Shown here: positions 29,606 through 47,907 of the stretch, in pieces
Layout of the letters: the number at the start of each line of letters is the position of its first letter
Position numbering within the stretch: the stretch's first letter is position 1
Origin: the human T2T-CHM13v2.0 reference genome, Homo sapiens
Length of the DNA: 64,000 nucleotides
Strand: one strand, 5' to 3'
Assembly: GCF_009914755.1 (NCBI RefSeq)
Contig: NC_060936.1
Made by a program: the position numbers and the translations under genes
The notes under the pieces: generated by a model
Databases searched by the model: none
What the model saw: the letters and a program-made list of their open reading frames with translations, nothing else
What the model was told of the DNA's origin: nothing

Positions 29606-30256
29606 AGTGCAACATCTTCAGCACTACTTATATGGCAAAGATTTGAGTGCCTATGACGTGTCATGTTTTTATTACCGTGGGTAACAAACGTTGAAGACAC
29701 TATTATTGATAAACTGTATAATTAAGCCTCAAGATAATTGGTTTATTTATATTCCCTTTTCAAAAATAAGATATCCAAACATATATCAAAATTCTCCAAA
29801 TGTACCATATTCTTTTCTGACTCAGAAAGTATGCTAAAATGTTTTCCTCCTTTAAATCTTTTTCATCTAGTTAACTCCTATTTATGCTACAGTACTTAGT
29901 TTTGAGTCACTTCCTCAAAAAAAGGTTCTTGTAACTGCCCCTCATCTTACACTCTGCTACATGCTGTTTTAACATACTTAATTTTTTTGTACTTATCTAA
30001 ATCATCACTAAATATCGTTAATAAATTATTGAAAATTATATAATTGTAATTCTATCTCTAGAATATAATCTCCATGAGGAAAAAGCATCATGTTCATGTC
30101 TAATTAGTTCACATTAGTAGCCCCTGAAGTGTGGTGTATACAGTAGATTCTGAATGTTAAAAGAATACACAGCAAATAATTTTTGAATAATTAAATAGCA
30201 TTGAAAAAAATGTCTAGTCTCCAGTGTCATTAGTCATGCTTTATGTTTTCTGTCAG

Positions 30257-30408
30257 ACTCTGACTGCTGTTCTTGCCAAGAAAAATGGGTTGGGTACCGG
30301 TGCAACTGTTACTTCATTTCCAGTGAACAGAAAACTTGGAACGAAAGTCGGCATCTCTGTGCTTCTCAGAAATCCAGCCTGCTTCAGCTTCAAAACACAG
30401 ATGAACTG
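30257..30408 (+). CDS. KLRD1: CD94 coding exon 4, start of C-type lectin-like domain
   Basis: tgtcag| acceptor; 152 nt encoding DSDCCSCQEKWVGYRCNCYFISSEQKTWNESRHLCASQKSSLLQLQNTDEL; ends at a GC donor (|gcatgt). Confidence 0.96.
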
Positions 30409-30817
30409 GCATGTGCTGAGTCTGATTTTCTACATTTTCTTTGATCTAGAAAAATATACTATCTAAACAAGTTAAATACTTTGGTTTAAGTCATTAATCA
30501 CATAGTAAGTGGATGGTTATATTGGAATTGAGTTATCTGTTCTGTGTACCTTAAAGTAGTCATTGTAAAATCTTTATTAAATTCCTTAATGATTATATCA
30601 TGGGAATACAAATCAAGATAGGTGCCAAATAAAGTGAAAGAAACTTTTCAGGAAGAATTCAAAGAAGATAATAGGTCATTATATTTACCCATTTTATTTG
30701 AAGAACCAACTAAATGACTGTGATTCTTAACTCTTTTAATTGAATTTATAATATCTTTTATAATTTTATAGTTTTTGTCATCTTTCTGGGATATAAGCTA
30801 GTATGGAAATATGGTAA

Positions 30818-31875
<1,058 letters not shown>

Positions 31876-32200
31876 TCACAATACCATGATTTTGGAATCA
31901 AATTTAATCTTTGATCCCCCGTGAAGAAAGTGTTCCATGAAAACTCTATCTCCTTTTAGAAGGTTTTTAATTCTTCAGGAAGTGAGATTTTGTGGTATTT
32001 TTTCTCCATATATGAATGGGCCTGATAAATGAGAACTTTCAGTCTTGTGATTATACCTTTTAAATAGGAAGTTAAAAATAATTTCCGTTTGTGTGATGGA
32101 CAGGCTGAATCTTATTCTAAACACTGACTTTCCCTCAAAATATGTTATTCCCAGAATAGATTAAAATTAGATTAATGTGATTGTCTTTTACTTGAAGCAG

Positions 32201-32304
32201 GATTTTATGAGCTCCAGTCAACAATTTTACTGGATTGGACTCTCTTACAGTGAGGAGCACACCGCCTGGTTGTGGGAGAATGGCTCTGCACTCTCCCAGT
32301 ATCT
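32201..32304 (+). CDS. KLRD1: CD94 coding exon 5, lectin-like domain with WIGL motif
   Basis: gaagcag| acceptor, |gtaagt donor; 104 nt encoding DFMSSSQQFYWIGLSYSEEHTAWLWENGSALSQYL. Confidence 0.97.
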
Positions 32305-32476
32305 GTAAGTTTCTGGCAATCATGGCGTTTTTTGCTCTTTATGAATTTGTCCTTAAATGTGACTAGTAAAGGTAACATCCAGGAGCACTGTGGCTGAAAT
32401 AACCTTGTCTAGGGCATGAGAATACAGTAAAAGGAAAAAGTACAACAAAATAACAATTTTAGATCTAGGCAGATCT

Positions 32477-32813
32477 AAACCACTCTAAGTGTTAAAATCA
32501 AAACAGAAGATAATGCCTAATGAAAGGAGGTCGGGGTATAGGATAGTTGGTGCAAAAAAATACTGATAACCATTACATGCTTGCCTGTATTATTTTAAAT
32601 TTTTTAATTAAAAATATATTATTTTGTAGTCACATGGACAACAAAACCAAAACATTACAAATCTCCAGAAAGTGCAATGCATAAGCTCTCTTAGTTCAAA
32701 TTAAACATTTGAAAGGTATTATATTTCATCCTATATCTTTTGTCAGTTAACTGAAGTGCATTTTTCCTAAATCAATCTTCATACAAGAATGTGAAGAGGG
32801 CCAGGGATGGTGG
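32477..32813 (+). repeat. Inverted duplication, left arm (KLRD1 intron 5)
   Basis: Reverse complement of 34202-34540; about 9 differences by manual alignment. Confidence 0.95.
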
Positions 32814-33463
32814 CTTGAGCATCCAAGTTAATGCTCAAGTGACATGAAATTTAGTGTATTCGTGGCCATAAAAGAACTTTTAACATATGCTTTATTTTTG
32901 CCTTAGTACCAGCACTTGGAAGTATATGTGCATGTACAGATACTCATATACACAGAGGCAGTCCAAAAAAATAGTATATTTATTATTTTATTTATTCTGG
33001 TAGACCCCAATATTCTCAGCATGCTCTTATGTTTTATATACTATAGACTCATTGTCTGTATGTGTGTACTTTTTGAATCTCATTTTCATTTATAAACATG
33101 AGATTTGCAGCATCACACAGGGACAAAGTTTATGCTCTGGTTTGTTTTCCTAGACTAGATTAGATAATACATCTTAAATAAAATAGAAGAAAAGCATATC
33201 ACATATTTAAACCATTAATGACAACAGAAAAACAGCAAGGAAAAAATCCCTGGCCTCAATGCTATTGATTAGTGAGAAAATAACTGGGTATTTTGTAGCA
33301 TTACACTAGAAAATCATGAAAATTGTGGTTACTGAAAAAAAAAGGACTCAATATGTTAGTATCTCACTCAAATGCTTTTAAAATTTATATCATTTAATTG
33401 AAAAATGCCCTGAACATTCTTACTTCCTTTTTGTGTATGTGAACATTTTCTTCTTCATTACAG

Positions 33464-33584
33464 ATTTCCATCATTTGAAACTTTTAATACAAAGAACTGC
33501 ATAGCGTATAATCCAAATGGAAATGCTTTAGATGAATCCTGTGAAGATAAAAATCGTTATATCTGTAAGCAACAGCTCATTTAA
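33464..33584 (+). CDS. KLRD1: CD94 coding exon 6, C-terminus and stop
   Basis: cattacag| acceptor; 121 nt encoding FPSFETFNTKNCIAYNPNGNALDESCEDKNRYICKQQLI*; exon total 540 nt = 179 aa + stop. Confidence 0.97.
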
Positions 33585-33928
33585 ATGTTTCTTGGGGCAG
33601 AGAAGGTGGAGAGTAAAGACCCAACATTACTAACAATGATACAGTTGCATGTTATATTATTACTAATTGTCTACTTCTGGAGTCTATAAAATGTTTTTAA
33701 ACAGTGTCATATACAATTGTCATGAATGTGAAACAATGTGTTTTAAAATTGATGAAATTCGTTCACCTACATTTGAGAATTATAAAATTAACATAAAGAA
33801 TTTTGTATTTTCATTTAATGTATATATTTAATGTTAAATTCAATGTAGTTTTATTACACATTTATGTAATTTTATTTACATTCTTGCTAATTCTCAGCAG
33901 AAATTTAAATAAGATTTAATTCACATCA

Positions 33929-33948
33929 AATAAAATTTAGAAAATAAA
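33929..33948 (+). terminator. Proximal poly(A) signals of KLRD1
   Basis: AATAAA at 33929-33934 and 33943-33948, about 350 nt after the stop. Confidence 0.55.
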
Positions 33949-33957
33949 ATTTAACTC

Positions 33958-35492
<1,535 letters not shown>

Positions 35493-35552
35493 CAGTTTAT
35501 ATAATTTAAACACTGCCTTTTGGTTCCTTGATTCCCATATGCTAGGACAAGT

Positions 35553-36046
35553 AATTATTATTTTATTTTATTTTACTTTAAGTTCTGGGTTACATGTGCA
35601 GAACCTGCAGGTTTGTTACATAGGTATACATGTTCCAAGGTGGTTTGCTGCACCTATTGACCCATCATCTAGGTTTTAAGTCCCACATGCATTAGGTATT
35701 TGTCCTAATGCTCTTCCTCCCCTTGCCCCCCACCCCCCGACAGGCCTTGGTCTGTGATGTTCACCTCCCTGTGTCCATGTGTTCTCATTGTTCAACTCCC
35801 ACTTATTAGTAAGAACATGCGGTGTTTGGTTTTCTGTTCCTGTGTTAGTTTGCTGAGAATGATGGTTTCCAGCTTCATCCATGTCGCTGCAAAGGACATG
35901 AACTCATTCTTTTTATGGCTGCATAGTATTCCATGGTGTATATGTGCCATATTTTCTTTATCCAGTCTATCACTGATGGGCATTTGGGTTGGTTCCAAGT
36001 CTTTGCTATGGTAAATAGTGCTGCAATAAACATACGTGTGCATGTG
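35553..36046 (-). mobile_element. 5'-truncated L1PA 3' end
   Basis: ORF2 C-terminal remnant; TSD aggacaagtaatta. Confidence 0.92.
36025..36030 (+). terminator. Candidate distal poly(A) signal within antisense L1
   Basis: gcAATAAAcatacgtgtgcatgtg, GT-rich downstream, at the end of the L1 fragment. Confidence 0.45.
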
Positions 36047-36105
36047 AGGACAAGTAATTATTTTCTGTTTTTCTCAATACATTAATTATTAGTTCCTCCG
36101 TTAGT

Positions 36106-36510
36106 TGTGAAGTCCTAATTAGGGAAAAGGAGTTAGGCTGGCGGGAGCAGGGAAAAGCAGAAAGAGAAAGCAGATAAGCTATGAGTCTGCCTTTCTTCAT
36201 GGTCCAGGATATGGGCCATGTGCTAAACTATTACCAGACACCTGCAAGTTACCTCACCGCAACCTTGGCATTATCAGTACTGGATAAAGCCCTCTGCAGC
36301 ATACAGCATAAACACTATTCCATAAAATCCTAAGCAAGCCTTTGTTTCTTTGCAGTCAGCTTTTCTTCTGCTGATGCTGCCTGTTGCCTCCCTGGAAACA
36401 TATTTTCCTACTTTTCTTTAATAAATCTGCCTTCCTTTACCTACAGCTGTCTTGGTAAATTCTTTTACCTCAATGCCACCGGCCCAGATAGCCGTTGCTC
36501 ACCCACAACA
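36106..36510 (+). mobile_element. ERV1/ERVL solo LTR (MER84/MER83-like)
   Basis: TGTG...AACA ends, TSD ttagt, AATAAA at 36420; subfamily from memory. Confidence 0.65.
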
Positions 36511-36514
36511 TTAG

Positions 36515-36890
36515 TGTATTAGTCCGTTCTTATGCTGCTACTAAAGATATACCCAAGACTGGGAAATTTATAAAATAAAGACATTTAATTGACTCACAGT
36601 TCTGCAGGGTTGGAGAAGCCTCAGGAAACTTACAGTAATGACAGAAGGGAAAGCAAACACATCCCTCTACGCATGGCAGCAGAAAGGAGACGTGCTGAGC
36701 AAAAGGAAAAATACCCTCTTATTAAATCATCAGATCTAGTGAGAACTCACTCACTATCATGAGAACAGCAAAGAGGTAACTACCCCCATGATTAAATTAC
36801 CTCCTACCAGTTCCCTCACATGATACGTGAGGATTAGGGGCACTACAATTCAAGATGAGATTTGGGTGGGGACACAGCCAAGCCATATCA
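36515..36890 (-). mobile_element. THE1 MaLR solo LTR
   Basis: tgtattagtccgttc...ggggacacagccaagccatatca. Confidence 0.9.
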
Positions 36891-37354
36891 GTTAGTGACA
36901 TCTGTATTCTCATATTGCATGCATAAGAAAGTGAGTTATTTTACAGCTGAACTGGGACAGCTCTTTGCTTATTTCCAGAGATGCCTAGGTGTCTGTTTTT
37001 GACTCTTGGCCATGATATGGGTAGTAGGCTAACTAACTAGCTAACAAATGGTTTATGGTGAGTTCTTTAAAGTTCAAAATCCCTCAGTGGAATCCAGGGT
37101 CAATTTGTTTATTGATAGCTTCCATATGAGATAATTACAGATCTTGTCTCTGCTGTGTGACCAGACACAGATAAAAGACTGCAAGAAATTTCAGTTTCAG
37201 CTCTCATGAAACCAAGTTTCATCTCACAAATATCAGGTTTCGTCCAGAGATGAATGGTGTCTTTGCGCAAATATCTCTTGGTCCCACACTGCTTGTTTGA
37301 ATTCTCTTTCTCATACGGTATCATATTCCTTTCACTTATTAAAAAGTTTTTCAT

Positions 37355-37662
<308 letters not shown>

Positions 37663-37771
37663 TCATAAGTATGCTCATTAGAACCTTATAATTCATTTCA
37701 GTTATCTACACCTGGAAATGTTAGTTCTATAATTTTGGACTTTCTGAAACTTTTCTCTTTATATCCTAACG

Positions 37772-37990
37772 CAGGGGTTGAAAAACTTTTCTCAAAAAGC
37801 TCTATAGCATATATTTTCAACTTTGTGGACCAGTCTCTGTTGAAACTTCTCAACCTTGCCATGGTGGTGCTAAAGAAGACATAAATAATACAAAAATGAA
37901 TGGTTTGACTGTGTTACAAAAGAATTTTATTGACAAAACATATGGTGAGACAGATTTGGTCCACAGGCCATAGTTTGCCAACATGTGCCC
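37772..37990. mobile_element. MER58-type hAT MITE
   Basis: caggggttgaaaaactttt...ggccatagtttgccaac termini. Confidence 0.7.
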
Positions 37991-38160
37991 AAGTATGTAA
38001 GATGAGAATATAAGGCCATAAATTCTACTCTCTGCTTTATTCTTTTCCAGGTCACTTCTTACCAGTTGTAAATGTACTTACAAATTTTGCTATATGAAAA
38101 CAGTTATGTCTGTTACTATCAATCTGTGTTCATTTTAAAGGGTGACAATCTACAAATTAT

Positions 38161-40807
<2,647 letters not shown>

Positions 40808-40834
40808 ATATGTTTCATCATCATGACCTCATGA

Positions 40835-41140
<306 letters not shown>

Positions 41141-42627
41141 AAATAGAGGACATTTTAGAGCCCAATAGTAAGCTAGGATTATATTTCCTTCTTTGAGGTT
41201 CTATTGTTATAACCCTTATACAATAAAAAACAACTCTTCTGCCAGATTAAAGTTTTTTGTTTTTTGGTTTTTTTAGTTCTCAATTATGTTGTATAACCCA
41301 TGAGTGTCACTTTATTCTCATTGGAAATATCCTCCCAAGAGCTCTTACCCACCTGCTGTTGTTTGGACTGGCACCTTACTAGACCTGCTCCACAAACTGC
41401 CGTCATGAAATTTTTCTTCACTAATTTTCTCATTTACACTAAATACTTCATTGATTACAGTTTACCTCTTCATATATTTTAATTGAGCAAAAACACAATA
41501 AAGAATACCTATCTTAAATTTACTCGTAAACATTTAAGCTATGTCTACACTTACACGATTACTACCAGATTGCAATAGAGACTACCTACCACCACCAAGA
41601 CTCTCTTGCTGTTTGCTAATTGATACTGTCTCCCCTGTTCCAAGAAAACTGCTACTCTGATTTCTGAAAATATAGGTTTATTTAGCCTGTTCTTTAATTT
41701 CATATAAATGGAAGCTTAGCATGTATGATCTTTGTGGCTTCTGTTGCTAAGCATTACGTCTGTGAGATACATCCATATATTCGTGCAGCAGTAGCTCCTC
41801 ACTTTTATTGTCATGTAGAATTCATAAGAATGTATCACAATTTGCTTATTTATTCTAATATTGTTCAACATTTGAGTCATTTCCACTTTTCACTATTATG
41901 AGTAAAATTGCTATAAACATTTTAATATAGCTCTTGTGGGACATGTGGCTTCATATCTTTTGAGTGTACGCCTAGGAGTTGAATTTCTAAGTCATAAGCT
42001 GTCATATATTTAGGCCCTTTAGTTCATGCTTTAAAAACTAGTGATAATTTATTCATAAAGCTTATTTATAATTTCACTGGCAGTTTATGTGAGTGTTACT
42101 CTGTATTCTTGACAATACATAGTATTATGAATTATTTTAGTCTAAGGACCTTCTGGATACTATGCATTTGCATACAATTGTACATTTAATTTCCATCTTC
42201 CAAATGAATAATGATGCTTACCCCTCATTTTTTTTTTCATTTTTATATCCCCTTCTGTGTAGTGCTTGTTTAAGCTTTTAGCCATTATTTATTTTTAACA
42301 GCGCTGTTGCAGTATAATTGAGATACTTTAAGCATACTTTATATGCTTAAAGTATGACATTTGATGTATTTCCATATCTATGCATCTGTGAAACCATCAC
42401 CTCAGCAATATATAAAACACCTACTAACCTCAAAAGTATCCTTTCCCCTATGTATAAAATACTTCCTCTTGCTCCTCCCCTCACAGATGAGTATTCTGTT
42501 ACTATAGATTTGCCTTTCTATGTTTTATATAGATAGAATCATATAATATGTACATCTGTGTTCTAGATTTTTCATTCAGCATCATAATAGTTTTTATACT
42601 CATCTATGTTGATACATGTATCAATAG

Positions 42628-42976
<349 letters not shown>

Positions 42977-43605
42977 TGAGAGTCTTCTGATCCTTGAGTA
43001 AAGTATGTTTCTTGTACCTCAATATGCTTAATTTTTTCCTTCTGGCTTTCGTTTTAGGTTCAGGGTATATATGTAGGCTTCTTATATGAGTACATTGCAT
43101 GTTGCAGTGGTTTGGTGTACAGATAATTTTGTCATCCTGGTAATCAGCATAGTACCTGACAGGCAGTTTTTCTATCCTCATCCTTCTCCCTCTCCCCCCC
43201 AAGTAGGCCCCAGTGTCTATTGTTTCCTTTTTTTGTGTGCCTGTGTACTCCATGGTTAGCTCCCACTTATAAGGGAGAATATGTGGTTTTTGGTTTTCTG
43301 TTCTTCCATTGATTTGCTTAGGATAATGGCCTCTAGTTCTATCCATGTTCCTGCAAAGGACATGATTTTTTTCTTTTTTATGTCTGCATAGTATTCCATG
43401 GTGTATATGTACCACATTTTCTTTACCTAGTCCATTGTCTCAATATACTTAAGTTATACTCAGTAATGTTTTGTAGTTTTTAATATTCAGGCCTTTTATG
43501 TTTTTATGAGATTTCCCCAAAGTAGTCTATTGTTTTTAAAGCTATTATACATTTTATTTTCTAATTTCAAATGTTTTATTTTAAAATTGTAAGTATATAT
43601 GTATA

Positions 43606-43661
<56 letters not shown>

Positions 43662-45103
43662 TTTACACAGTTGATTCTAAGTGTATCTTTTATTGTTTAA
43701 CCTGCCTAAATTCACTTATCCTAGCAGCATTTCTGTAGATTTCATTGGGTTATCTGCATAGATGAATAAAGACAGTTTTTACCTCTTTCTTTTGAAAACT
43801 GTGTGCCTTTAATTCTTTTTATCACCTTGTCACAGTGGCCAGAATATTCAACACAAAGTTGAATACAAGTGGTGAGTAAACACCCTTGTTTTGCTATTGA
43901 TCTTAGAGCATGAATATTCACTTTTTTAACCTTTATACTTAATTTTAGCTGTAGGATTTTCATAAATGACCTTTACTAGGTTGAGAAAGTTCCCTCCTAT
44001 TCCTAGTCTGATGAGAATTTTTATAAGGAGTACATATGACATATGCTTTTATTAAATGTTTTATTCTGCCTCGATTGAAATCAGATAGTTTTTATTTCCC
44101 AGTTATAAACCTCAGTTGTTCATGTTATCTTTTTTACGTATCTTTGCAGATGCTTTGCTAATTTTTTAAAATTTTATTTTATTGAGGTAAATACAACATA
44201 AGATCTATCCTCTTAACAAATTTTCAAGTCTACAGTACAGTATTATTAACAATAGGTACAATGTTGTATAGTAGATCTCTATAATTTATTCATCTTGCAT
44301 AATTGAGGCTTTATGCCCTTTGATTAACGACGTCCCATTTTTTCCTCTCTCCATTCCTGGCAACCACCATTCTATTCTCTGATTTTATAAGCTTGACCAC
44401 TTTAGATATTTCACGTAAGTGGAATCATATAGTATTTATCCTGTGACTTGTTTATTTCATTTAGCATAATGTCCTCAAGTTTCATCCACATTGTTACATA
44501 TTGCAGGATTTCATTTTTAAGGCTGGATAATATTCTATTGTATGTGTATGTACACATTGGCTACTGTGACTAGTATAGCAATGGACAGTAGTATACTAAT
44601 ATTTCTTTGAGATTCTTATTTCAATTCTTTTGCATAATTACCCAGAAAGGGGATTGGTGGATCATATGGTAGTTCTATTTTTAATTTTTTGAGAAATCAC
44701 CATCCTGTTTTCCACAGAAGCAGCACAATTTTTCATTCCCACCAAAGTGTTCAAGGGGTCTAATTACCCCACGTACTTCTCAACACTTGTCTTTCATTTG
44801 TTTGATAATAGCCATCCTTATAAGTGAGAGATGATATTTGGTGGTTATAATTTGCATTTCCCTGATGATTAGTGATATTGAGCATCATTTCATATGCCCA
44901 TTGACCCTTTGTATGTTTTTTATGAAGAAATGACCATTCAAGTCTTTGATACATTTTTTAATTGGGTTACTTGTGTTTTTTTTAATATTGAGTTGTAGGA
45001 GTTCTTTATATGTTTTGGATATTGACTCCTTTTCTGATATATGATTTGCAATTATTTTCTCCCATTCTGTAGATCATCCTTTCATTCCATTGGTTATTTC
45101 CTT

Positions 45104-45698
45104 TGTGAACCCTGAAAATTTGAGACAGGTCTCAGTTAATTTAGAAAGTTTATTTTGCAAAGGTTGAGAACATATGCCCATAACACAGCCTCACCTCAGG
45201 AGGTCCTGCTGACATGTGCCCAAGGTGGTCAGGGCACAGTTTGGTTTTATACATTTTAGGGAGACATGAGACATCAATCAACATATGTAAAATGAACAGT
45301 GGTTTGGTCTAGAAAGGTGGGACAATTCAAAGCAGAAGTGAAACAACTGGAAGCAAGGAGGGGGCTTCCAGGTCACAGGTAAGAGACAAATGGTTGCACC
45401 TTTTTGTTTCTGATTAGCCTTTCCAAAGGAGGCAATCAGATATGCATTTATCTCAGTGAGCAAAGAGATGACTTTGAATAGAATGGGGGGCTCCCAGGTC
45501 ACAGGTAAGGGACAAATGGTTGCATCTTTTTGTTTCTGATTAGCCTTTCCAAAGGAGGCAATCAGATACGTATTTATCTCAGTGAGCAAAGAGATGACTT
45601 TGAATAGAATGGGAGGCAGTTTTGCCCTAAGCAGTTCCCAGCTTGAATTTTCCCTTTTGTTGAGTGATTTTGGGGGCCCAAGATATTTTCCTTTCACA
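45104..45698 (-). mobile_element. MER4A-type solo LTR with an internal 126 bp tandem duplication
   Basis: Minus strand TGTGAAAGGAAAATATCTTGGGCCCCC...GGTTCACA; TSD cctt. Confidence 0.85.
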
Positions 45699-47542
45699 CC
45701 TTTGATGTGAACAAGCTGTTTGTTTGCTATAGTCCTACTTGTCTATTCTTGCTTTTGTTGCCTGTGCTTTTGGTGTCAGATTGATGATATCATTGCCAAA
45801 ACCAATGTCAAAAGGTTTTCCTCTATGTTTTCTTTGAAGGGCTTTACATTTTCAGTACTTACATTTAGGCTTTTAATCCATTTGAAATTTATTTTTGCAT
45901 ATGGTGTAAGATAAGCAATTTCTTTGCAATATGGATGTTCATTTTTCCCGTCACTGTTTGTTGAAGAAACTGTCATTTCCCCTTAAATAGTCCTGCCACC
46001 CAAAGACCGTTTAACCATATTTGCAAAGTTTATTTCCAAGTTCTCCAATCTGTTTAATTGGTCTATATGTTCATCTTTATGCTAGTGCCATATTGTTTCA
46101 ATTATTGTAGCTTTGTAATATATTTTGATATCAGGAAGTTTGAGGCCTCTGGCCTTCTGTTTCTTGCTCAAGATTTGTTTGGCTATTCAGGGCTTTTTGT
46201 GGTTCCATGTATATTTTAGTATCATTGTTTTCCTAATTCTAAAATGCCATTGAGGTCTTGATAGGTATTGCACTAAATCTGCAGATCACATTGTGAAATA
46301 CAAATATTTTAACTATATGAAGTCTTTTAATAAATGAATATAGGAGGATTTCTGCATGTTGATTTTGTACCCTGCAACTTTACTTGGTTTTAGGAGGCTT
46401 TTTTGTGGATTCTTTAGAGCATGCCATAGGCAAACAGGGACCATTGTACTTCTTCTTTTACAATCTGTATGTTGTTAATTTCTTTTCCTTGCCTAAGAGC
46501 TTTAAGTAGGACAAGGGTTAAATAGAAATGGCAAGTGCAAACATCCTTGCCATGTTTCTGATGTCAGAGGAAAAGTTCAGCTTTTTCCATAGCATGATAT
46601 TAGCTATGCACTTTACATATAGGGCCTTCAAAATGTTGAAATATTTTTCTCAAATTCTAGGTTGGCAGGAGTTATCATCATAAAATGGGTATTAAATTTT
46701 GTGAAAACTTTTTTTCTGAATCTGTTGAGATGCACAGGTGACATTTATCCTTCATTCTATTAATGTGGTATATTACATTAATTGATTTTGTATGTTAGGC
46801 TATCCTTGCACCCCAGGGATAAATGCCACTTGCTTATGGCATATACTCCTTTTAGTGTACTGTTGAATTAATTTTGCTACTACTTTGTTGAGGATTTTTG
46901 CATCTACGTTTACTAGACATATTGGCTTATAGTTTTCTTGTGGTATCTTTGACAAGCTTTGGTGTAATGGTAATGCTGGCCACATAAAATTAGTTTGAAA
47001 GTATTTATTCTTTTTAAATTTTTATATAATAGCTTGGGAAAGATGGCCATTAATTTCTCCTTAAATATTTGGTGGCTTCACCAGAAGGGCCATCTTGTCC
47101 TGGGAATTTTTTTGTTGTAAGTTTCTTGATTACTGATTCAATCTTCATTCTAGTTATAGATACGCTCATATTTTCTATTTCTTCATAATTCAGTCTTGGT
47201 AGGTCCTTGTCTTTGTGAATTTTTTCATTTCTTCTAGGTTATCCAATTTGTTGGCCTATAATTGTTCTTAGTTGTCTCTTACCATCTTTTATATTTCTGT
47301 GGCATCAGTTGCAATGTCTTATTTCTGATTTCATTTATTTAAGGCCTCTCTTCTTTTTCTTAGTCTAGCTAAAGGTTTGTCAAGTTATTTATATTTTCCA
47401 AAAACTAACTCTTAGTTTTGTTTACTTTTTATATATCCTTTCCATTCACTATTTTATTTCTGAACTAATCTTTATTATTTTCTTTATTCTTCTAAATTTG
47501 AACTTTGTTTGTTCTTTTCTACATTTCTAGTTGCTTGGGATA

Positions 47543-47907
47543 TGTATTAGTCCATTTTCACACTGTTGATAAAGACTTAACTGAGAGACTGGGTAATTTG
47601 TAAAGAAAAAGAGGTTTAATGGACTCACAGTTCCACGTGGCTGGGGAGGCCTCACTATCATGGCAGAAGGTAAAACACATGTCTCACATGGCGGCAGACA
47701 AGAGAGAATGAAAGCCAAGCCAAAGGGGGTTTCCCCTTATAAAACCATCTGATTTCATAAGACTGATTCACTACCATGAGAACAGTATGGGGGAAACCAC
47801 CCCCATGATTCAATTATCTCCCACTGGGTCCCTCCACCAACATGGGGGAATTATGGGAGCTACAATTCAAGATGAGATTTGGGTGGGGACACAGCCAAAC
47901 CATATCA
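47543..47907 (-). mobile_element. THE1 MaLR solo LTR inside L1
   Basis: tgtattagtccattttcac...cagccaaaccatatca. Confidence 0.9.

Noticed and set aside
30224-30466. 80-aa ORF overlapping KLRD1 exon 4
   Set aside because: Alternative frame with a GTG start; the true frame is the lectin domain
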